NCBI GenBank assembly: GCA_043824255.1 | Contig: JBDRTG010000030.1 | Span: 1-13,900, forward strand | Origin: a bacterium | GTDB lineage: Bacteria > JAHJDO01 | Direction of reading: 5' to 3' | Length of the DNA stretch: 13,900 nucleotides | In this document: piece by piece, positions 1-5,842 of the stretch | Numbering within the stretch: the stretch's first letter is position 1 | Layout of the letters: the number at the start of each line of letters is the position of its first letter | Translations under genes and position numbers: made by a program | The notes under the pieces: model-generated | Told to the model about the DNA's origin: nothing | Seen by the model: only the letters and a program-made list of their open reading frames with translations | Database searches by the model: none

Positions 1-18
1 CAAAGTGGTGCATTCGCA

Positions 19-260
19 TACTCTAACCCCAGCCTTTAGGCTGGGGATTACCGATACAAAAACATTCCTGGCTTTAGCCATAATAGTATAAAGTTTATTT
101 TTGGGCTAAAGCCCGATTTGTTGTTGTTTAGTTCTGAACCCCAGCTTGAAAGCTGGGGTTATAAATCAATTAACTCTGAATACTATTTAACGATTCTGAT
201 CCCGACTTGTCGAGATTTCACAACATCTCAAAAAATTAGTAACCTAATCGATGAATAATC
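19..260. repeat. REP-bearing unit 1 (242 bp, no gene; REPIN-like deletion derivative)
   Basis: Hairpins CCCCAGCCT-TT-AGGCTGGGG (27-46), TGGCTTTAGCCA (69-80), GGGCTAAAGCCC (103-114) and AACCCCAGCTT-GA-AAGCTGGGGTT (137-160). 19-81 matches 261-323, and about 99-272 matches about 812-995. Confidence 0.85.
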
Positions 261-315
261 TACTCTAACCCCAGCCTTTAGGCTGGGGATTATTGATACA
301 AAAATACTCCTGGCT

Positions 316-804
316 TTAGCCATGAAATTTGTACTTACTTATAAATTGATTATACTCCTCTGTAAATGAAACTTTTTTATGATGTTTTTCCTGGTTCCTT
401 ATATAATTACGGACTTTCTCCAACATTGACTCACTCACAGAAACAGCAAAATATTCATCTGCCCATTCTAATTTTGGTCTGACAAGTTTAACATTATTTG
501 CCCAAAACGAAGCTTCTCCTTTAATTAATTGTATAGTTTTAGATATACTCATTTCAGCATTAAGTGCTAATAAACAATGTACATGGTCAAAGTAACCGTT
601 AATTTTATCTATTTACCCCGTTGGATAATTATTTGATTATTTACTCATTCATTTATTTAAGTCATCCAACGGGGTGAATATTTTTTTATTTTTTGCATTT
701 TCAAGTATGTGATTATAGAGAGTTGTTCGGATTTCTTTTGTAAGAATTGGTTGATTGTATTTTGTTCCCCACACAGTGTGAACCCAAATTTTTACGTATG
801 ACAT
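316..804 (-). pseudogene. tnpA: IS200/IS605-superfamily HUH Y1 transposase (REP-associated, RAYT-like), interrupted by a 63-bp insertion with an in-frame stop
   Basis: Manual translation from ATG at 804: MSYVKIWVHTVWGTKYNQPILTKEIRTTLYNHILENAKNKKIF, then the insertion, then IDKINGYFDHVHCLLAL...EWADEYFAVSVSES...VRNYIRNQEKHH. HUH motif (DHVH) and catalytic Tyr (YIxNQ) are present. Removing 613-675 restores a 141-aa ORF. The track ORF 316..552 is only the C-terminal part. Confidence 0.9.
613..675. mobile_element. 63-bp non-autonomous palindromic mini-element (MITE-like) inside tnpA
   Basis: Perfect 12-bp inverted repeats ACCCCGTTGGAT (615-626) / ATCCAACGGGGT (664-675) around an AT-rich core. Its removal restores the tnpA frame. 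The boundary is ambiguous by 1 nt (612-674 is equivalent). Confidence 0.85.
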
Positions 805-1044
805 ATTTCTTTTTTGGGCTATCCAAAGGATTCCTACGGAAAAGCCCGATTTGTTGTTGTTTATTCCTCATACCCCAGCTTAAAAGCTGGGGTTATAAAT
901 CAATTGATACTGAATACTATTTAACGATTCTGAATCTTTTCCACAACATCTCAAAAAATTAGTAACCTAATCGGTGAATCAGCTACTCTAACCCCAACAT
1001 TCGGCGAAGCCATTGGGGGCATAGCCACTCCCACCACAAAGTGG

Positions 1045-1077
1045 CCTGCCACTACTAAGCTATGTAGCCACAGGTGG
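1045..1077 (+). repeat. 33-bp mini-element CCTGCCACT-N13-GCCACAGGTGG (intergenic copy)
   Basis: Same 9-nt and 11-nt ends, same length and same preceding AGTGG as the two copies at 2230-2295 (opposite strand). The 13-nt core differs. Confidence 0.8.
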
Positions 1078-1250
1078 TCACTTCGTGATAGGTACGACTA
1101 TGTCGCACTTTGTGATAAGCTGGTGATTATTTTATAACTCCTGTAAATAACAAAAACAAAATATTAATTATTTAAAATGGCACTAGAATCGTCAGATTGT
1201 GTGAAGTAGAAATCCGGCTGAATCATAAAACTATTTAATCACTTCTAAAA

Positions 1251-1424
1251 AATCCGCAGAAGCAGGCTGTTGCATAACTCTAGTTTTGTCACCTCGAATC
1301 CGTCAATTGACGGATGAGAGGTCTTAAATTAATTAAAATAGAAAGATTTCTCTTCTCCCGACTTTGTCGAGATCATCGAAATGACAGATAATTGCAAATC
1401 TGCAACGCCCTGCGAAGGCGGATT
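1251..1424. repeat. Nested palindromic element (outer imperfect inverted repeats, inner TGTCA...TGACA hairpin element, innermost mini-hairpins)
   Basis: Outer arms AATCCGC-N4-GCAGG-N3-TTGCA (1251-1274) and its complement (1401-1424). Inner arms TGTCACCTCGA...GAGAGGTCTT (1287-1325) and AAGATTTCTC...TCGAAATGACA (1343-1386). Perfect 18-bp palindrome ATCCGTCAATTGACGGAT at 1298-1315, and TCCCGACTTTGTCGAGA at 1356-1372. Confidence 0.75.
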
Positions 1425-1428
1425 CTTT

Positions 1429-1519
1429 CCCGCCACTAAATAGCCCGCCACGGCGGGTCGTAGCAGGCATCAATTATACCTTTCCAGCCCGCCTCTCAGC
1501 TATCGGTGTGGCTGGCGGG
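1429..1519. repeat. CCCGCC...GGCGGG-type GC-rich hairpins
   Basis: CCCGCCACGGCGGG at 1444-1457 and CCCGCC-N20-GGCGGG at 1488-1519, in an otherwise AT-rich intergenic region. There is no U-tract on the strand of the upstream gene. Confidence 0.55.
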
Positions 1520-1540
1520 TTAGATTCGGCTCATAAATAA

Positions 1541-2173
1541 TTACTGAACTAATCCATTTTTGATGCAATAGTAAGTTAGTTCTGAATTTGTATTCATATT
1601 CATTTTATTTAAAATTCGTCTACGATATGTACTAATTGTATTTACACTTAAGAAAAGTTGTTCAGCTATCTGGCTGACAGTTTTGCCAGAAGCAATCATG
1701 CACATTAATTCATATTCTCGATTGGAAAGACTCTCGTGTAATTGCTTTCTGTTGATATGGTCTAACCCACCAGCTAACTGTTCTGCTAATTTTGGACTAA
1801 TAAAGCGACCTCCGCCAACAATCTTTCTAATCGCTTTAATCAATTCTTCAGGTGCACTTTCTTTATGAAGGTAACCAGCACCGCCGGCTTTCAAAATTCT
1901 TATACCGTATTGCTCTTCGGGCCTTGCACTTAAAAAAAGAATTGGAAGCTTGGGATTAGTTCGATGTATGATTTCCATAGCTTCTAACCCGGAGATACCA
2001 GGCATGGAAATATCAAGAACAAGAATATCTACCTTATTCTTATCAAGGTATGCGAAAACCTGTTGCGCATTTTCTGCTTCGGCTGCTACACTGATATCAT
2101 TTTCATCAGCTAATATTTGTTTCAATCCATTTCGAATGATCGGGTGATCATCTGCAATAAGAACTTTAATCAT
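1541..2173 (-). CDS. NarL/FixJ-family response regulator (REC + LuxR HTH), 210 aa
   Basis: MIKVLIADDHPIIR...LVLDISMPG...GYLHKE, and a LuxR HTH LSNREYELMCMIASGKTVSQIAEQLFLSVNTISTYRRRILNKM. The true start is ATG 2173, overlapping the kinase stop. The longer track ORF start is an artefact of the 33-bp repeat. Confidence 0.93.
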   Translation of the reverse strand: MIKVLIADDHPIIRNGLKQILADENDISVAAEAENAQQVFAYLDKNKVDILVLDISMPGISGLEAMEIIHRTNPKLPILFLSARPEEQYGIRILKAGGAGYLHKESAPEELIKAIRKIVGGGRFISPKLAEQLAGGLDHINRKQLHESLSNREYELMCMIASGKTVSQIAEQLFLSVNTISTYRRRILNKMNMNTNSELTYYCIKNGLVQ

Positions 2174-2229
2174 TTTTAGAAACATTAATTGGAATTGATA
2201 AGACAACCGTTGTCCCTTTACCAGGAATT

Positions 2230-2295
2230 CCACCTGTGGCAAGAGGGTCGTTAAGTGGCAGGCCACCTGTGGCAAGAGGGTCGTTAAGTGGCAGG
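2230..2295 (-). repeat. Two perfect tandem copies of the 33-bp mini-element, in frame within the kinase ATPase domain
   Basis: CCACCTGTGGCAAGAGGGTCGTTAAGTGGCAGG x2 plus an extra CCAC (2296-2299). It encodes LPLNDPLATGG x2, and removal gives the typical GDVIFSGIPGKGTTV. Confidence 0.92.
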
Positions 2296-3360
2296 CCACT
2301 AAATATCACGTCGCCGTTAATTGATAGTGCCCGCTCACGCATTCCCGATAAACCGAGAGAGTTCACGTTCTGTAGTGCATCATTAGAGATGCCTATTCCA
2401 TTATCTTTGATTTCAAGAATTATTTCGCTCTGCGACTTCTTAAACCGCACTTCAACTAAAGTAGCTTGAGAATGTCTGATAATATTTGTCAACGCTTCTT
2501 GAAGTATTCGATATGCCACAATAGAAATATGCGGATTTAGTTTAATTTTTTTAACCTCTGAAATAAAATTACAAACAATGCCGCTTTTTTTTCTGAAATT
2601 CTTTGAGATACCACTCAATGGTAAAAATTAAACCAAACGAATCGAGAATAGCAGGTCTGAGATTTGTCGAGATTTCTCTGATGATATCAATCGTGGAATT
2701 GAGCAATTCGACCATTCCGCTAAACTTTTTTTTGATGATTTGGGTGTTAATCTTCCTATTTCTATTAATAATATTTTTCTCGAGAAAAGAGATATCCATT
2801 TGGAGAGCAGTAAGCATTTGACCAACGTTATCGTGAAGCTCGCGGGAAAGTTCTAATTTCTCCTCTTCTCGAACATTCTGCAATCTGCTAGCAAGAGCGC
2901 GTAATTGTTCTTTGGAATTTATTAACTTCTTCTCCAAAAGTTTACGCTCGGTTATATCGCGGGCGATGCCAAGTTCTCCAACGATTTTCCCTTCTTTAAA
3001 GTGGGGCATGCTCGTGAACTCACCGATTAAGTACTCACCTGATTTGGCAAGAATTCGCAGTTCATAAAGACGAGGGTACTCGCCTCTCAAGACTTGCTGA
3101 AACGTGCCTGTTGCAAGTTGCATATCCTCTGGATGAACAAGGGTCGCAAATGTCTTTCCTACCCATTCTTCTCTCGACCATCCAGTAATGGTCTCAAAAG
3201 CTGGATTTAGCGATGTGAACCTACCATCATCGGCGGCAAGTGTGTATATGACGTCTGGTACAGTCTCAACAATGGTACGATAGCGCTGCTCACTCTGCTT
3301 TAGCTCTTCTTCTGTCCGCTTTCGCTCGGTAACGTCTAACAAGGACACAACTATGCGGGC

Positions 3361-3381
3361 TTCTTCTTCTTCTTCTTCTTC
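3361..3381 (-). repeat. (GAA)7 microsatellite encoding poly-Glu
   Basis: TTC x7 on the plus strand; protein ARMFLAEEEEEEEARIVVSLLD. Confidence 0.9.
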
Positions 3382-3458
3382 TGCAAGAAACATTCTTGCC
3401 ACGTCAAATTCCAGAACAAGTCCTTCTGTTTCTTTTCCTTTTATATTCATTTCCAAAA

Positions 3459-3760
3459 TTATCCTCCTAAACTATTAGCCTTTGGCAATTCGCTATAAAT
3501 GTTCTTAAAGTTTCTAAGAAGTTTTTTTTCGACTAAAATGTGATTGTCAGTTAAACAAAAACGCATAAATGCATCATTACTGTTGATAAATTTATATAAA
3601 CGTTTATTTTTTAATTTATTACCTGAGTAGTTCGCTGTCCGCTTTCGCAAATTTTTCGAAGAGCCTATATATATAATATTGCTCCTGCTATTTGGGTAAT
3701 CAATTTTTGATGAAATGCTCAATTCATAAACTCCTGCTTCAGCTGGAATTTTATTAAAGT
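3459..3760 (-). CDS. GIY-YIG nuclease domain (C-terminal part of a frameshifted fusion with 3719..4480)
   Basis: The frame is open upstream of the track start: NFNKIPAEAGVYELSISSKIDYPNSRSNIIYIGSSKNLRKR...VEKKLL...LPKAN. This gives GVY/YIG, the conserved Arg, Glu and PxxN of GIY-YIG enzymes. Confidence 0.75.
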
Positions 3761-4480
3761 TTTTTTTGAGAAAATTATGTAGCTGCTAAAATTTACATCC
3801 TTTTCATAGGAATAAGCAGCTCTTTCTCTATAGCTGGGGATATTAAATAAATTTCTGCAATTACATATCGTTCTCAGTGATAAGTGTACTCCCTTTTGAG
3901 CCGATAGGTATTGAATATTCTTATCCTTTAATGCATTTTCAGCATTTTTAACTATTTCTTTGATGAGATATGAGTGGTACTTTTTCTCTGATACAAATAA
4001 GCTTCCAAGATTGATGAAGTGATTTTTCAGACTTAAAACCTTTAAATTTGGAATTAACCTTGACAGCCGGCTTTGCTCAAGATACTGGAATGGATATAAG
4101 GACAAAAACTGTCTTAAGGTTAAAGGTTTTAAGTCTGTCTCTTTGCCGGAAAACCAATATTTGCTTTGGTAATCAAGCAGGCTTTTTAAAATATGGAAAG
4201 AAAATTTATTCCTGGTGTTGATCCATTTTAATGAACAGATTATTTTATCTTCAGTACAATTTTCAGTGGGATAGATATTCTTTAGACGTTCATCTAAAAC
4301 CTCAAAACATAGAACATCTTCTTTAATCATTACTTTGGCATATATTTTTTTATCAGAGCCATGAGACGAGAAGGACTCTATTAATTCCTCTGTTATTTTT
4401 TTAATATAGTTGAGATACTTGTTTATGGGCATCTTCAATACCTTAGAAAGGATTATCTTAGCTATTTTTTGCTTGGTCAT
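3719..4480 (-). CDS. Protein resembling the C-terminal DNA-binding region of sigma54 (RpoN), degenerate
   Basis: YQSKYWFSG...LKPLTLRQ...EQSRLSR (cf. RpoN LKPLxLxDIA...ESTxSR) and ALKDKNIQ...GVHLSLRTICNCRNLFNIPSYRER (cf. LSD..I...G..IARRTVAKYRE.L.IPSS..R, the RpoN box). It is much shorter than RpoN. ATGA overlap with the upstream ORF. Confidence 0.7.
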   Translation of the reverse strand: MTKQKIAKIILSKVLKMPINKYLNYIKKITEELIESFSSHGSDKKIYAKVMIKEDVLCFEVLDERLKNIYPTENCTEDKIICSLKWINTRNKFSFHILKSLLDYQSKYWFSGKETDLKPLTLRQFLSLYPFQYLEQSRLSRLIPNLKVLSLKNHFINLGSLFVSEKKYHSYLIKEIVKNAENALKDKNIQYLSAQKGVHLSLRTICNCRNLFNIPSYRERAAYSYEKDVNFSSYIIFSKKTLIKFQLKQEFMN

Positions 4481-4782
4481 CTTCGTTTTTTGGAAATCCT
4501 GATTTCTGCATGGTCACCGTTCATTATTCTTTTTTTTACCTCTTTAATAATTATTTTCTCTAATTTTTCTTTGGTATAATCTAGTTTGCCCGAATAGGTT
4601 TGAACAATGTCCTGAAAAGCCTTATTCTTTTTGAATAAATTTAATTTATCTGTAAAAACTAACAGACCCTCCGGCACAAATTTAAAAATATTTTCGATAA
4701 CATTCCCAACGTGTTCTTTCCCTTTGTGCATTGCCTCCTCTGCCTTCTTATGCTCAGTTGCGCTTTTTTTGTTCATAATCAT
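4477..4782 (-). CDS. Small protein resembling a PAC linker plus the N-terminal half of a PAS domain
   Basis: TEHKKAEEA linker, then IENIFKFVPEGLLVFTDKLNLFKKNKAFQDI (PAS N-terminal strands and NxAF helix). There is no PAC/DITE end. ATGA coupling on both sides. Confidence 0.6.
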   Translation of the reverse strand: MIMNKKSATEHKKAEEAMHKGKEHVGNVIENIFKFVPEGLLVFTDKLNLFKKNKAFQDIVQTYSGKLDYTKEKLEKIIIKEVKKRIMNGDHAEIRISKKRR

Positions 4783-5459
4783 ACCTTGCCTTCCAATATC
4801 TCCCTTAACGTTTCTTCTAAATTTCTAGGCTTAATCTCAATACCTATAGATGCGTAGAACTTCCTGAAAATATTTATAATCTCTACGCATCTTTCTACAT
4901 TTTTAGTAATATTTTCAAAAACCTCTTTATATTCTTTTAGAGTTGGCTTTTTACCTTTTTTAATCCTGCTCATTAAAAGTTGGACGGAGCCGGAAACAAC
5001 AGATAAAGGATTGAATATCTCATGAGACATCGCTTCTCCCATATACCCCACCAATGCTGCTTTTTTCATTTTTTCGATTGATCTCTGTAACTCTTTTTTC
5101 TCTATAGCTCTCTTTACTGTAAATAGAACCTCATTAATATCATAAGGTTTAATAATATAATCATAAGCGCCACATCTTATAGCTTCAGCCGCTGATTCAA
5201 AGCTGGGATGGCCAGTTAGAATAACAATAATTGCTTCTTGTTCAAATGTCTTGATACATTTTAGAACCTCTATACCGCTCAAACCTGGCATAGCCAGATC
5301 AAGCAGAATGAGATCAGGACTGTCTTTTTTTACATCCTCAATCGCTTCTTCACCACTAGAAACAGCTCGTGCAATAAACCCCTCTTTTTGCATAATAACC
5401 TGAAGCGACTTGGTTATATTTGGATCATCATCAACTATTAAGACTTTATTTTTCGTCAT
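4779..5459 (-). CDS. REC + HisKA (DHp) protein lacking an HATPase domain
   Basis: VLIVDDD...LILLDLAMPG...ILTG...YDYIIKP, with H-box AMSHEIFNPLSVVSG. It ends shortly after the DHp, with no N/G boxes. Confidence 0.85.
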   Translation of the reverse strand: MTKNKVLIVDDDPNITKSLQVIMQKEGFIARAVSSGEEAIEDVKKDSPDLILLDLAMPGLSGIEVLKCIKTFEQEAIIVILTGHPSFESAAEAIRCGAYDYIIKPYDINEVLFTVKRAIEKKELQRSIEKMKKAALVGYMGEAMSHEIFNPLSVVSGSVQLLMSRIKKGKKPTLKEYKEVFENITKNVERCVEIINIFRKFYASIGIEIKPRNLEETLREILEGKV

Positions 5460-5825
5460 CTACAGCTCCTTTTTTATCTCTGAAAGTAACTTGTTAATAT
5501 TAAAGGGCTTAGTAATATAAGCATTCACACCTAACTTCTCACCCAATCTTTTATCCTTTTCCTCACTCTTAGCAGTCAACATAATAGTGCGAATTTTTCT
5601 GGTTTGAGCATTAGCTTTTAATCGTTTACAGACATCAAATCCACTCAGTTTCGGTAACATAATATCAAGAATAATTAGCCGAGGCAATTCTTCTTTGGCT
5701 TTTTTAAATGCTTCTTTTCCATCAACAGCTGTAGTAACTATATATCCTTCCTTTTTTAAAACAAAAGAGACTGCTTGAATGATACTAGGATCATCATCCA
5801 CTACTAAGATTGTTCTCTTAGCCAT
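5460..5825 (-). CDS. Single-domain response regulator (REC)
   Basis: ILVVDDD, LIILDIMLP, MLTA, YITKPF; 121 aa; AGGAG RBS upstream. Confidence 0.93.
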   Translation of the reverse strand: MAKRTILVVDDDPSIIQAVSFVLKKEGYIVTTAVDGKEAFKKAKEELPRLIILDIMLPKLSGFDVCKRLKANAQTRKIRTIMLTAKSEEKDKRLGEKLGVNAYITKPFNINKLLSEIKKEL

Positions 5826-5842
5826 AGATCTCTCCTATTACT

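Larger units (their letters stand above)
261..983. mobile_element. REP-bearing unit 2 (723 bp): same arms as unit 1 but enclosing tnpA
   Basis: Left arm 261-323 has a hairpin at 269-288, and the tnpA stop lies within TGGCTTTAGCCA (311-322). Right arm about 812-983 has the hairpin ACCCCAGCTT-AA-AAGCTGGGGT at 872-893. A third, truncated left arm TACTCTAACCCCA follows at 984-996. Confidence 0.8.
2166..3456 (-). pseudogene. PAS-containing HisKA_3 (NarX/UhpB-type) sensor histidine kinase, split by a one-base frameshift
   Basis: PAC end (DVTERK), complete PAS (TLVHPED...ARDITERK) and H-box RELHDNVGQ lie in 2569..3456. N-box QEALTNIIRHS, DNGIG, LGLSGMRER and GKGT lie in 2166..2618. The frames join at the A8 run 2585-2592 (A7 gives EFQKKSGIVC). 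AGGAGG lies 6 nt before the TTG at 3456. Confidence 0.88.

Noticed and set aside
747..962. 71-aa plus-strand ORF
   Set aside because: It is antisense to the tnpA start and runs through REP hairpins, with no recognisable motifs.
1178..1192. TGGCAC as a sigma54 -24 element
   Set aside because: The -12 position reads TCGT, not TTGC, and no gene follows on that strand. A similar TGGCA-N6-TCGT in the kinase repeat is absent from the 1045 copy, so it is probably chance.
2174..2299. N-terminal extension of the response regulator ORF (MACHLTTLLPQV repeat)
   Set aside because: It is an alternative-frame reading of the 33-bp repeat inside the kinase gene. The REC domain starts at ATG 2173.
19..2299. 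CRISPR array
   Set aside because: There is no regular repeat-spacer periodicity, the two tandem 33-bp units have identical cores, and no cas genes are present.
2664..2676. 13-bp match TTGTCGAGATTTC to the micro-hairpin at 207-219
   Set aside because: It encodes the normal kinase segment REISTNLRP and lacks the other hairpin arm.
3719..4480. Calling this gene rpoN
   Set aside because: It is too short, lacks most of the activator- and core-binding regions, and the RpoN box is diverged. It is unlikely to be a functional sigma factor.
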